Assembly: GCA_017450205.1 (NCBI GenBank)
Contig: JAFSVF010000024.1
Location: forward strand, 7,996 to 71,995
Direction of reading: 5' to 3'
Origin: Bacilli bacterium
GTDB taxonomy: Bacteria; Bacillota_I; Bacilli_A; RF39; UBA660
Length of the DNA stretch: 64,000 nucleotides
Part shown: positions 54,665-64,000 of the stretch, piece after piece
Position numbering within the stretch: position 1 is the first letter of the stretch
How the letters are laid out: every line of letters begins with the position of its first letter
Made by a program: the position numbers and the translations under genes
Notes under the pieces: model-generated
The model's database searches: none
What the model was told of the DNA's origin: nothing
The model's input: the letters and a program-made list of their open reading frames with translations, nothing else

Positions 54665-54782
54665 ATCATCATCTCATTTTAATAATTATAACATAAAAAA
54701 GCAGATATTAATCTGCTTATTTAATTTCTCTACTTTCACTTACTTTAATCTCAACAAAAGCAATATAAAAAGATTAGGTCAT

Positions 54783-55664
54783 CTAATCTTTTTTTGATTC
54801 TACTGCCAAACATATTAAAGCACAAATCATAATTATTAAACTAATTATGAATGTCATAGTAATCTCTTCTTTATAGATTAATATTGCGAGTATTACTCCA
54901 AATACAGGACTAAAAGAAAAGATTATAGTTGATTTGTTAGCTCCTAAATACTTAGTAGATAATGCATAAGATAAAATACTTAATCCATAGGAAAAGAATC
55001 CAAATACAATTAATTCTAAATAATTTAGATAAAACTCTCCTTTTAACAAAACAATTATTAGATATAATATTGAAACTGAAAAACACTTTATACCAGTAAA
55101 GAATGCAGGTTCTTTAGAACTAATTAAAGCTGTAATATTATTTTCAATTCCCCAAAATAGACATGCACCAATTACCAAAAGTGAGCTTATACTTATACTA
55201 CTATATGATCCAGATTTAAAATTTAATATAAAGCAACCTATTATCATTAACATAATACTTACTAATTCATTATTTTTAATAGGTTCTTTAAATACTAGAT
55301 AAGCAACAATAGCAGTCATTATAATTTCAAAGATTGATAATAATGAAACTAAACTTGCATTTACTACTTTAACAGCTTCAATAATTAAAAAAGAAGCTAA
55401 TAACTCACAAACAACTATTAATACTACTTTAGGGACTTCTTTCTTAGTAATTTTACTTTGATTAATTCTTTTCGAATTCTTAGTAAAAGAATGAATAATA
55501 AACAATCCTAGTCCAGCACCTAAATACATTAAAAATAAAATCATTTCTGATGACATTGATTCTATATATTTTTTCTCTATTATGACATTAAAGGCATATA
55601 ATAATGCTGAAATAATAGCCAAGACCAATCCAATCTTACTTATATCTTTCTTTCTAAGTTTCAT
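54783..55664 (-). CDS. DMT/EamA-family transporter
   Basis: 10 TM helices. Confidence 0.7.
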   Translation of the reverse strand: MKLRKKDISKIGLVLAIISALLYAFNVIIEKKYIESMSSEMILFLMYLGAGLGLFIIHSFTKNSKRINQSKITKKEVPKVVLIVVCELLASFLIIEAVKVVNASLVSLLSIFEIIMTAIVAYLVFKEPIKNNELVSIMLMIIGCFILNFKSGSYSSISISSLLVIGACLFWGIENNITALISSKEPAFFTGIKCFSVSILYLIIVLLKGEFYLNYLELIVFGFFSYGLSILSYALSTKYLGANKSTIIFSFSPVFGVILAILIYKEEITMTFIISLIIMICALICLAVESKKD

Positions 55665-55718
55665 ATATGCACCTACTCTAATAGTATTATAACAAAAAAA
55701 GACTAGAAAACTCTAGTC

Positions 55719-56276
55719 TTACTTTTTCTTTACTAAATATTTAGCTAAATCTTTATAAGCGTCTTGACTCCAAAATTCCCATCTTGCTTCATCTTCAAAA
55801 CAACCTAATGTTTGATTTTCTCCTTCTGGAATGAATACAAAATCCCAACTCCATCCATAAGTACCAGATTTCTTAGTATCTATTGTTCCTTTAGTAAGTC
55901 CTTCAAAAACAACTGGTTCTTTTCCTGGCTCACAATAAGCAATTGATTCTTTAAAATAAGCACTTCTGTCTTCAATACCTTCCATTAATTTAAGTAATCC
56001 ATCTACATCAATTGTATCTTCTGCATAGTGTGTATATACACCTGGGAATCCATTTAAAGCATTTACAAACAATCCAGAATCATTCTTTAATACCGGTTTA
56101 TTTAATTGTTCTGCAGCCCATTTAGCTGAATATTTTGAAACCTCAGTTACATCATCTGCCTGAATCTCTGGAGTTTCCATTTTTACATTATCAACTTCAA
56201 AACCCAGTGGCTCTAAAGCATGCCTAGCAGACTCTAATTTAGCCCAATTGCCAGTTACATATGTTATTTTTTTCAT
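55719..56276 (-). CDS. non-canonical purine NTP pyrophosphatase (Ham1/ITPase family)
   Basis: VTGNWAKL, EIQ, DSGLFVNALNGFPGVY and WDFVFIPEG. Confidence 0.8.
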   Translation of the reverse strand: MKKITYVTGNWAKLESARHALEPLGFEVDNVKMETPEIQADDVTEVSKYSAKWAAEQLNKPVLKNDSGLFVNALNGFPGVYTHYAEDTIDVDGLLKLMEGIEDRSAYFKESIAYCEPGKEPVVFEGLTKGTIDTKKSGTYGWSWDFVFIPEGENQTLGCFEDEARWEFWSQDAYKDLAKYLVKKK

Positions 56277-56301
56277 ATTGTCACCTCTATTTTTTTAATT
56301 A

Positions 56302-58188
56302 TTAATAAGTAGTTCCTCCCCACTCTACAGCAGTAAAACCTTTTCTATCAAAAGTAGTTAATTTTTCTTCTTTAATCTGAGTTTTCTTGTTTACTTTCTT
56401 AATATGAATTACTATTCTCAATAATGAGTCAGGTTTTGGATTCATACTAACCTTTGAATATGAATTTCTTTCATCAGTTAATTCAAAATACACTAAACTC
56501 TTTTTGTTTTTTTCTAAAATAGGTAACCAATACATAATAAATTCATTTCTTTCTTTGTCATTCAAACCAATATAAGATAGTTTTTCTTCTAAAAAGTCTA
56601 TTGCCTTATCGGCAGTTACATAAAAACCTTCATTAAAATCTACAGTATGAATTTTTTGCTCATCCCAATATAATGCGTAGTAATACTTTCCTTTTTTATC
56701 ATAGATACTACCATCACGTTTAACAAAAACATCCCAACCATTATTATATTTTGGATACGTAGTTTCTAAGACACTAGGATCTTCAAAAGTAATATTCATA
56801 TTAGTATCTTTTTCAGGATATAAATATAGTATTGGTTTTGATATACCAGCGCAGTCTCTTTTTTCAGTTGAACCTTTTTTAGTAATCAAATCATAACTAA
56901 ATTCTATACACTTTGCTGACTGTTGATCTTCAGATATTTCTACTTTAATTTTATCAACATTTGAACTCGTTACATGTAAATGATCAACATTATACTCACC
57001 AAAATCATATAATTCGTCACCATTAATTAATACTAGCTTAATATGTTTATTCTCTTTAATAATTGCATATGAGTTATTCATCGCTGCATATACACTTTCA
57101 ATCTTATTGTTACTTAAAAACTCTTTTCCGTCCAAACTAAATAAATGCCCACGATTATCTTCTAAAGCAATTAATAATTCATTTTGCATTATTAATCGTT
57201 TATATTTAATTGGAATAATCTCTTTACCTGTTGATATATCAATTACTCCATATTTTTTGTCTTTAACTACCGCAACATTTCTATTACGTAATGTTTCAAT
57301 AGAAAAATGCGGTCCACTGGTTCCACAATTTTGAATAAATGGAGCCAAATCATCATAACCAACATTACTAATATATTTTTTATTAGTCATATCATATAAA
57401 TAATATAATTTATTCTTATATACTGCAGCATTAGTTGTTGAAATATATCCATTTTCTTTATATAAATATACTCCTTCAACCCCATCTTCTTGAACTGCAT
57501 TTTTTTCTTCTTTAATATCTATTAATTGCATAATATAGTTTTTATCCATGTAATATAAGTATTTGTTACTAATTATAGATGGAGAATCATTAGGATTTAC
57601 ATCTATTTTAAACCTATGTATTTTCATATTCTCAGTATCTGTTGGTTTATTGAAAGAAAAATAAGAATAATTAAAATCATTAATAGATTCATACACCAAA
57701 ATAGTATCCCCTTCTACCTTAACTTCACTTTTAGTTACTACATTTTCTTTCTTTGTACCATAAGTTATTGATGTTAATTTTCCATTTATTTTACATTTAT
57801 TTAAATAAACAGTTCCATCTGTATAAGCTTCATTTTCTTCGCAAGATATTTTACTTGTAGGTTTTACATTACTCTGTAATTCAGATATAGTCAGATAATT
57901 CTCTGTCCTAATATAATGCTCCATATTTTCTTTTTCTAGACTCAATCCATATTCATACAAAGCACTTTTTTCAGCATTACGTAAAAGCTTTTCCTCCTGC
58001 TTTATTGTTCCTGATAAAAGCAATTTGTTATGATTGTTATCTTTTTTTTCTAAGATAAATAATGTCACTATAATAACAACCGAAACAATTAATGCAATAA
58101 TTATTAAAGTATTCTTATCTAATTTCCTTTTAGTAGTTTTTTGATTAGCCTCATCAACTAAAACCATTTTTTCTTCTGAATCATTCAT
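56302..58188 (-). CDS. membrane-anchored protein with WG/KWG-like repeats
   Basis: N-terminal TM helix. KYGVIDISTGKEIIPIKYKRL-type repeat. Confidence 0.4.
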   Translation of the reverse strand: MNDSEEKMVLVDEANQKTTKRKLDKNTLIIIALIVSVVIIVTLFILEKKDNNHNKLLLSGTIKQEEKLLRNAEKSALYEYGLSLEKENMEHYIRTENYLTISELQSNVKPTSKISCEENEAYTDGTVYLNKCKINGKLTSITYGTKKENVVTKSEVKVEGDTILVYESINDFNYSYFSFNKPTDTENMKIHRFKIDVNPNDSPSIISNKYLYYMDKNYIMQLIDIKEEKNAVQEDGVEGVYLYKENGYISTTNAAVYKNKLYYLYDMTNKKYISNVGYDDLAPFIQNCGTSGPHFSIETLRNRNVAVVKDKKYGVIDISTGKEIIPIKYKRLIMQNELLIALEDNRGHLFSLDGKEFLSNNKIESVYAAMNNSYAIIKENKHIKLVLINGDELYDFGEYNVDHLHVTSSNVDKIKVEISEDQQSAKCIEFSYDLITKKGSTEKRDCAGISKPILYLYPEKDTNMNITFEDPSVLETTYPKYNNGWDVFVKRDGSIYDKKGKYYYALYWDEQKIHTVDFNEGFYVTADKAIDFLEEKLSYIGLNDKERNEFIMYWLPILEKNKKSLVYFELTDERNSYSKVSMNPKPDSLLRIVIHIKKVNKKTQIKEEKLTTFDRKGFTAVEWGGTTY

Positions 58189-58250
58189 TATACCTCTCCT
58201 ATTCTATTTAAAAATATTATATCATACAAAATCAATTATTGCTTTCTATA

Positions 58251-59144
58251 TTATGAATTATTTTTTCTTATTTTTATAATATCATCTTCTTCCAATTCTC
58301 CTATTAATAAAGAAGACTTAGGATTATGTTTATTATAATTATCATTTACTTGTTTTTCATCAAAGTTAGCATAACAATACTTACAAAAATGTTTACAAGA
58401 ATTATATACCCCTATATCAGCCATTTCTATACATTTACATGGTACATTCTTTCTAGCATTCCATTTCTTATATATTTTACCAGTTAATTTAAAAGCTAAT
58501 TCTTTAGACATACATTCATCTTTAATGAATCCATATTCAGTTAAATCTCTCTCTTCTGCACATGTATGAACTACTATATTATGTTTTCTTGCACTTTCAC
58601 TAAAAGATGTACCGATAGTTTTATAATCATTATCAGCAAATTTTCTATATTTTAATATCTTATAATTCTTTCTAACATTCTTATAATCATCGATAAAAGA
58701 AATTAATATTTTATTAGTATATCCATCTAATAAATTACACAATTTATCAAAAGCTTTAATATGATAATCTAAATTATATTTATCATTTAAAAGTATAGGA
58801 TCATATCTAATAACTATATTTTCTTTACCTATCATTTTAGATAGTTTTTTTATTGCTTCAATAATATCTTTTTTATCAGGTAAGTTTGGTTCTATATCTT
58901 TATTATAAGAAGTTAATGTAATATGAAAATACATCTTCTTATCAATATCTTTTATCTTATCTAATATTGGTATAGGATTCTTAGTACAAAAGAATAATAA
59001 ATCTACGTCATTAAACATTATTCTACTTACCATTTTAGGATTAAATGGATTTCTAACATCAACAAATCCTTCTTTTAAACGATTAATCAACCAATCCGAA
59101 TAGAATGCGACTATATCAGTTCTACCACTTATATTTAAAATCAT
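58251..59144 (-). CDS. DUF1848-family protein
   Basis: The track start is TTG. The ATG at M7 gives MILNISGRTDIVAFYSDW, like DUF1848 N-termini. There is a C-terminal Cys cluster. Confidence 0.55.
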   Translation of the reverse strand: MILNISGRTDIVAFYSDWLINRLKEGFVDVRNPFNPKMVSRIMFNDVDLLFFCTKNPIPILDKIKDIDKKMYFHITLTSYNKDIEPNLPDKKDIIEAIKKLSKMIGKENIVIRYDPILLNDKYNLDYHIKAFDKLCNLLDGYTNKILISFIDDYKNVRKNYKILKYRKFADNDYKTIGTSFSESARKHNIVVHTCAEERDLTEYGFIKDECMSKELAFKLTGKIYKKWNARKNVPCKCIEMADIGVYNSCKHFCKYCYANFDEKQVNDNYNKHNPKSSLLIGELEEDDIIKIRKNNS

Positions 59145-59164
59145 ATAATCACATCCTTTCAAAC

Positions 59165-59617
59165 TTATCTTTTCTTATAAATAATTAATTCGGGATTAGA
59201 AACATTTTCTCCATATTCAGATACAAGTAAAAATTCCATATTAGCAACTATTCCAAAATATCTTTTATTACTATCATCAGAAAATTCACATTCTATTTGA
59301 TTACCTAGATATGTTTCTTCATCAGTTAAAAACTTGATTTTTTCTCCATTAGGTAAACGGTACTCTAAATTAACAAATAATCCATGTAATGGATATAAAT
59401 CTTTTATTTCGTTCATTCCGGCAATATTTAAATCATTAAATTCATTTATTATTTGCTTTTTCATTTCTGTAAAACTATCATTACCCCCAACTTCAATGTA
59501 TTTAGCAATCCAACACTTTTTACCAAATGGACAACCATTTGTATTTTTACAACCTTTACATTTATCACTTTTAAAAAGTTCACATTCGTTACAATTCGCA
59601 CCACATATTGCTTCCAT
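59165..59617 (-). CDS. Cys-rich DUF3795-like protein
   Basis: CGANCNECELFKSDKCKGCKNTNGCPFGKKC. Confidence 0.5.
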   Translation of the reverse strand: MEAICGANCNECELFKSDKCKGCKNTNGCPFGKKCWIAKYIEVGGNDSFTEMKKQIINEFNDLNIAGMNEIKDLYPLHGLFVNLEYRLPNGEKIKFLTDEETYLGNQIECEFSDDSNKRYFGIVANMEFLLVSEYGENVSNPELIIYKKR

Positions 59618-59689
59618 ATAATACCTCCATATACTTAATACACTATTACAATAAGTATTACAAGTCTTGATTATTATAGGTATTTATGC

Positions 59690-60172
59690 TTATAACTTCT
59701 TAATAGTAGTAAGCATTCTTGCATGATAACCCTTTTTAAAATAAAACTTCAATGCATTATCATTATATCCAAATACATCTACTATTGAATATTCACACTC
59801 TACTGATTTAAAATAGTCCTCTATTTTATCAATTAGTAATTGTCCTACTCCAGTACTTCTAATTTTAGAAGTAACTACTAATTCAGTAATTTCTCCTATT
59901 TTAGGACATTTATAGTCCAAATAATCATATGGATCATATTTCCTAATAATTCCCATGATTAAGCCAATAGCTTTATTATCTTCAATAGCTAAATAGCATT
60001 TACCATTATTTTCTTTTACTTCAGTTAAATCAAGTAAAGCCATCTTTTCTCTATATTCAGGATGAAGATGATCTAAATGATCTTCATCTATAGATATAAT
60101 ATATTCTTCTAGTTCAACAAGTAAATCTCTTACATCTTCTAAATATTTATTTTCATATTCAATTATTTCCAT
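59690..60172 (-). CDS. GNAT-family N-acetyltransferase
   Basis: RSTGVGQLL acetyl-CoA binding motif. 160 aa. Confidence 0.8.
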   Translation of the reverse strand: MEIIEYENKYLEDVRDLLVELEEYIISIDEDHLDHLHPEYREKMALLDLTEVKENNGKCYLAIEDNKAIGLIMGIIRKYDPYDYLDYKCPKIGEITELVVTSKIRSTGVGQLLIDKIEDYFKSVECEYSIVDVFGYNDNALKFYFKKGYHARMLTTIKKL

Positions 60173-60226
60173 ATTATCACCATCTAAATTATAACATAAA
60201 AAGACTAGATAATATCTAGTCTTATA

Positions 60227-62791
60227 TTAAAACCATTCCCCATATTTCTTAATATATATCTTCTTAACTACTTGAGCAATTATTCCATATAGTATTACAA
60301 ATCCAATTAAATATAAATAATAAATTCCTGGTAGTAATACAAAGTTAAATCCTGTAGTAAAGCTTAATAACATTGGTACTGTAATAGTCGCAACTAATGT
60401 TAAGAATGTTAATAGTAATAGTATATTACTTGGTCTTGATTTAGTAATATGATTTGTTCTGATATAGAAAATCATAAATGTTTCAGTAACTATACATTCA
60501 ATGAACCATGCTGTTTGAAAGAATGCTTGTAATTCAATTGAATTGTATTTTAAGATAAACCAGAATACTATAAAGGCCACCACATCAGTAATTGATGAAA
60601 TAACTCCAAATATTACCATAAATCTACCTATAGATTTAATATCCCATTTTCTTACTTTTCTAATAAAGCTTTCATCTACATTATCATAAGGTATACCTAT
60701 CTGTGATAATTCAACTATAAAGTCTTGAATAAGCATTTGAATTGGTAATAATGGCAAGAATGGTAAAAAAATACTAGCAATTAAAATACTAAAGACATCT
60801 CCAAAGTCTTGACTTAAAGCAAGCTTCATATATTTTAAAATATTACCATATACTTTTCTTCCTTCAATCACACCATTATGAATAACTTCCAAGTTTTGTT
60901 CAAGAAGAATAATATCACTTGATTCTTTAGCAATATCTGTTCCTCCATCAACACTAATTCCAACATCTGATACAGTTAACGCAGGAGCATCATTTACTCC
61001 ATCACCCATATAACCTACTGAATGACCATTCTTTCGAAGAATAGAAACAACTCTTTCCTTTTGCATAGGATTCATTCTAGCAAAAATATCTACTTCTTCT
61101 ACAACTTTTCCTAGTTCGTAATCATTTAATTCTTCTATTTCTTTACCAGTCATTATCTTACTCTTTATACCAACAGCATTACAAATACTTTTAGTAGCAA
61201 ATGCGTTATCACCAGTAAGAATCTTAATATCTACTCCATATTCTTTTAATTCCTTTATAGTTACTTCCGCAGATGGTTTAGGAGGATCAAGAAAGGCAAT
61301 TAAACCAACTAAAGTAAAATCTTTTTCATCTTCTACATCAAAGACATCTATACCATTATATTCAGGTTTAATAGCAAGAGCAATTACTTGCATTCCATCT
61401 TTAGCTAGTTCTTCTGCGTTCTTATTAACTTTTTCTATTATTTCTTTATTTATTGGTACTTCTTTTCCATTAACACGAGCCATATCACATACTTTAGTTA
61501 TTTCTTCTAAAGCACCTTTAGCAATAATTCTATATTTATCATGATGAGTAACAACTATAGAAGATCTTTTTCTAATATAATCAAATGGTATCTCATCAAT
61601 CTTTTTATAATTAGAAATATCTACATTATGACTTTTAGCATATTGAATAATAGCTTTATCAACTATGTTCTTATATCCAGTACTTAAATAACTATTAACA
61701 TAGGCACATTTAAGTACATAGTCATCATGTTCTCCATCAACATTAATATATTTTTGTAATTCAATATTATTCTTTGTAAGAGTACCTGTCTTATCAGTAC
61801 ATAATGTATCCATAGAGCCTAAGTTTTGAATTGACTTAATACTCTTAACCAAAGTGTTCTTTTTAGCAAGTGATTTGCTTCCTTTAGTTAAATTAACATT
61901 AACTATCATTGGAAGCATACTAGGAGTAATACCTACCGCGACTGATAGTGCAAAAAGAATTGCTTCATTCATATTTCCACGAATCATTCCATAGATGATA
62001 AATACTAGTATACAGATAATTACCATGCATTTAATAAGAAGACCTGTAATATGATTCATACCTTTATCAAAAGTAGTTTCTTCTTTAACAACTTCCTTTT
62101 TCTTATTCATGTTTCCAATAAATGTATCAAGTCCAGTTTTAACAACAATACCTTTACCTTGACCACTTATAACATTACAGCCCATTAAACATATATTATT
62201 AATTTCAATTGGATCAGTAGAATCACTTTCAATATTAATATTCTTTTCAACTGCTGCACTCTCACCAGTAAATGATGATTGATTAATAAATAAGTCTTTA
62301 CTTTCAAATAAATATAAATCAGCAGGAATAACACTACCAGCACTTAAAGTAATAATATCTCCATAGACTACTTTTTCTTGTCTTACTTCTTTTTGTTTTC
62401 CTCCTCTTATTACATCAGTAAATATTCTTATTTGTTCTTTTAGTTTTTCATTAAATCTATATGTAGAATAATCTTGAGTAAATCTAATAATAACACTTAT
62501 TAAAGTAATACCAAGTATAATAAAAGCTCCAATTCTATCATCGGTAATAAAATCAATTGCTGCTAAAAGAATAAGTATTAAAACAAATTTATCTTTTAAT
62601 GCTTCTATAATAAAAAACAATGGTGTTTTTTTCTTTCTATTAGTCGCAATATTTTCTCCATATTCTTCTAATCTTTTAGTAATTTCATTCTTATTTAATC
62701 CTTCTTCATTAGTCTTAAAGAAATCCATTATTTCTTCTTTACTTTTATTTGATAAATCTTTATAACTTAGTTCAGTATTCACGATTATCAC
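60227..62791 (-). CDS. mgtA: magnesium-translocating P-type ATPase
   Basis: CTDKTGTLT, TGDN and MGDGVNDAPAL with MgtA-like topology. The true start may be the in-frame GTG at 62782. Confidence 0.85.
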   Translation of the reverse strand: MIIVNTELSYKDLSNKSKEEIMDFFKTNEEGLNKNEITKRLEEYGENIATNRKKKTPLFFIIEALKDKFVLILILLAAIDFITDDRIGAFIILGITLISVIIRFTQDYSTYRFNEKLKEQIRIFTDVIRGGKQKEVRQEKVVYGDIITLSAGSVIPADLYLFESKDLFINQSSFTGESAAVEKNINIESDSTDPIEINNICLMGCNVISGQGKGIVVKTGLDTFIGNMNKKKEVVKEETTFDKGMNHITGLLIKCMVIICILVFIIYGMIRGNMNEAILFALSVAVGITPSMLPMIVNVNLTKGSKSLAKKNTLVKSIKSIQNLGSMDTLCTDKTGTLTKNNIELQKYINVDGEHDDYVLKCAYVNSYLSTGYKNIVDKAIIQYAKSHNVDISNYKKIDEIPFDYIRKRSSIVVTHHDKYRIIAKGALEEITKVCDMARVNGKEVPINKEIIEKVNKNAEELAKDGMQVIALAIKPEYNGIDVFDVEDEKDFTLVGLIAFLDPPKPSAEVTIKELKEYGVDIKILTGDNAFATKSICNAVGIKSKIMTGKEIEELNDYELGKVVEEVDIFARMNPMQKERVVSILRKNGHSVGYMGDGVNDAPALTVSDVGISVDGGTDIAKESSDIILLEQNLEVIHNGVIEGRKVYGNILKYMKLALSQDFGDVFSILIASIFLPFLPLLPIQMLIQDFIVELSQIGIPYDNVDESFIRKVRKWDIKSIGRFMVIFGVISSITDVVAFIVFWFILKYNSIELQAFFQTAWFIECIVTETFMIFYIRTNHITKSRPSNILLLLTFLTLVATITVPMLLSFTTGFNFVLLPGIYYLYLIGFVILYGIIAQVVKKIYIKKYGEWF

Positions 62792-62847
62792 ATCCTAAAA
62801 TTAATTATAGCATAATTATCAAATAAAAAAGACTAATATATAGTCTT

Positions 62848-63780
62848 TTACTCTTCAAATTTAACATTTACACTTTTATCACCTAAATTAGGTAAATTAT
62901 CTATATGACCTATCTTAGTATAACTATATGGTGTATCAAATGATTTATAAAATATAACTAAGCAACTATTATCAAATAACATTACATCTCCCTGTTCAAT
63001 ATGACCTGGGTTATATGAATCTACTGGAAAACTACTAGATAAATAAACATATTTTTCATTTCCATTTAATTCTTCCATTTTTGTTTCGAAAGGTGCCAAT
63101 TCAACTAACTTTTTAGCTGCGGCATTATCTTCTAAATTTAAAGTATATTCTTTATCTTCTATTATTACTTTCATTTTACTAGTCTCCTTATTTAAAGTTT
63201 TCATTTCTATATTACTTCTATCTACAAAATCTATAATTTCATGCTCACTAGAATTAGAAGCAAATCTTTTTCCATCTTTAATAGTTAATTTTGAATTATA
63301 TTTTCTCAAGTCACTTACACTTCCACTTATATCACTACTTCCAGATGTACAAAATGGAAATATAACTTTATCAGTAAAATCATATGTATCTAATAGTGTT
63401 AAAATAATTTTGGGATTTGTACCCCACCAAATTGGATATCCTAGATAGATAACATCATACTTACTAATATCAATTTTATTTTTAATTTTAGGTCTGGCTT
63501 TTGGATCATTTTGTTCTCTATTAGCTCGACAATCATTATTATAATCTAAGTCTTTATCTTCATATTTATCTTTAGGAACTATTTCAATAATATCACTATT
63601 AGCTTGTTTAGCTATTCTCTTTGCAATCTTTTCAGTTGTACCTGTTGCTGAAAAATATATAACTACAGAATCACTATTTGAATTTACTTCTTCTTTTTTT
63701 GTTTCTTTAACTTCTTTTTTATTAATGCAACCAGTAATCACAAGTGATAATACTAGTATACTTACCACAAGTTTTTTCAT
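62848..63780 (-). CDS. lipoprotein with flavodoxin-like domain fused to a cyclophilin-like-fold domain
   Basis: Lipobox LVITGC, then VVIYFSATGTTEKIAKRIA (flavodoxin), then a C-terminal ~110-aa beta-rich domain. Confidence 0.55.
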   Translation of the reverse strand: MKKLVVSILVLSLVITGCINKKEVKETKKEEVNSNSDSVVIYFSATGTTEKIAKRIAKQANSDIIEIVPKDKYEDKDLDYNNDCRANREQNDPKARPKIKNKIDISKYDVIYLGYPIWWGTNPKIILTLLDTYDFTDKVIFPFCTSGSSDISGSVSDLRKYNSKLTIKDGKRFASNSSEHEIIDFVDRSNIEMKTLNKETSKMKVIIEDKEYTLNLEDNAAAKKLVELAPFETKMEELNGNEKYVYLSSSFPVDSYNPGHIEQGDVMLFDNSCLVIFYKSFDTPYSYTKIGHIDNLPNLGDKSVNVKFEE

Positions 63781-63789
63781 ATAAACCTC

Positions 63790-64000
63790 CTAATCACTCA
63801 TATCTATATCAAGTGTAATATTAATTTTATAGTCTTTGTATTTGTTTTGAATCTCATCATATATTTCTTTATATACTTCTTCTCTATTTTTAATTTTAAA
63901 ATCAACTATTATATCAAAACTAATAAACTTATCTTTAAAATCGATATAAAATCCATGCATTTGTAATATACCTTTATGAGCAAATACTATTTTAGATATT
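63790..64000 (-). CDS. C-terminal part of a CDF-family transporter (5' end outside window)
   Basis: My own translation gives ..AHKGILQMHGFYIDFKDKFISFDIIVDFKIKNREEVYKEIYDEIQNKYKDYKINITLDIDMSD*. This resembles the cytoplasmic dimerisation domain of CDF proteins. Confidence 0.45.
   Translation of the reverse strand, partial: ISKIVFAHKGILQMHGFYIDFKDKFISFDIIVDFKIKNREEVYKEIYDEIQNKYKDYKINITLDIDMSD

Noticed and set aside
62792-62847. Looked for an M-box (Mg riboswitch) upstream of mgtA
   Set aside because: The intergenic region is only 56 nt. It holds a terminator of the upstream gene plus a -10 box, which is too short for an M-box.
1-64000. Scan for CRISPR arrays, IS elements/transposases, integrases, rRNA and prophage structural genes
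   Set aside because: I found no regularly spaced direct repeats and no ORF with DDE, tyrosine-recombinase or serine-recombinase motifs. The only repeat families are the rlmD remnants and the in-gene coding repeats.

Overview
Very AT-rich, low-GC Firmicute-type chromosomal segment that uses the standard genetic code. I count about 70 protein genes and 2 tRNAs. All genes except a two-gene germination remnant (26.4-27.8 kb) lie on the minus strand. Genes are compact; hairpin terminators are often followed directly by extended -10 promoters (TGTTATAAT type). Most content is ordinary: GH13 amylase, guanine deaminase, CDF and P-type Mg transporters, TrxA/TrxB/Gpx, a PRPP-synthetase-like protein, an RlmD/RumA-type rRNA methyltransferase, an ABC exporter and DMT transporters. 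Five regions stand out. (1) 1.5-5.3 kb: an operon where a radical SAM/SPASM enzyme with a long helical N-terminal extension sits among four small WXG100-like helical proteins, one carrying QPKYGV repeats. (2) 16.0-18.1 kb: a ~495-aa protein with two RNxxxH (HEPN-type) motifs beside a small 2H (HxT...HxT) phosphoesterase. (3) 19.8-25.4 kb: at least five decayed copies of the 3' end of rlmD downstream of the intact gene, each separated from the next by one unrelated gene. This looks like a cassette array, and no recombinase is visible. (4) 42.8-46.1 kb: two tandem CYTH proteins plus an internally duplicated wHTH-metallophosphoesterase. (5) 49.2-54.7 kb: a SipW / TasA-like / sortase B surface-protein locus. 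I saw no CRISPR array, rRNA, integrase or transposase. All family assignments come from motif recognition by eye, not from database searches.
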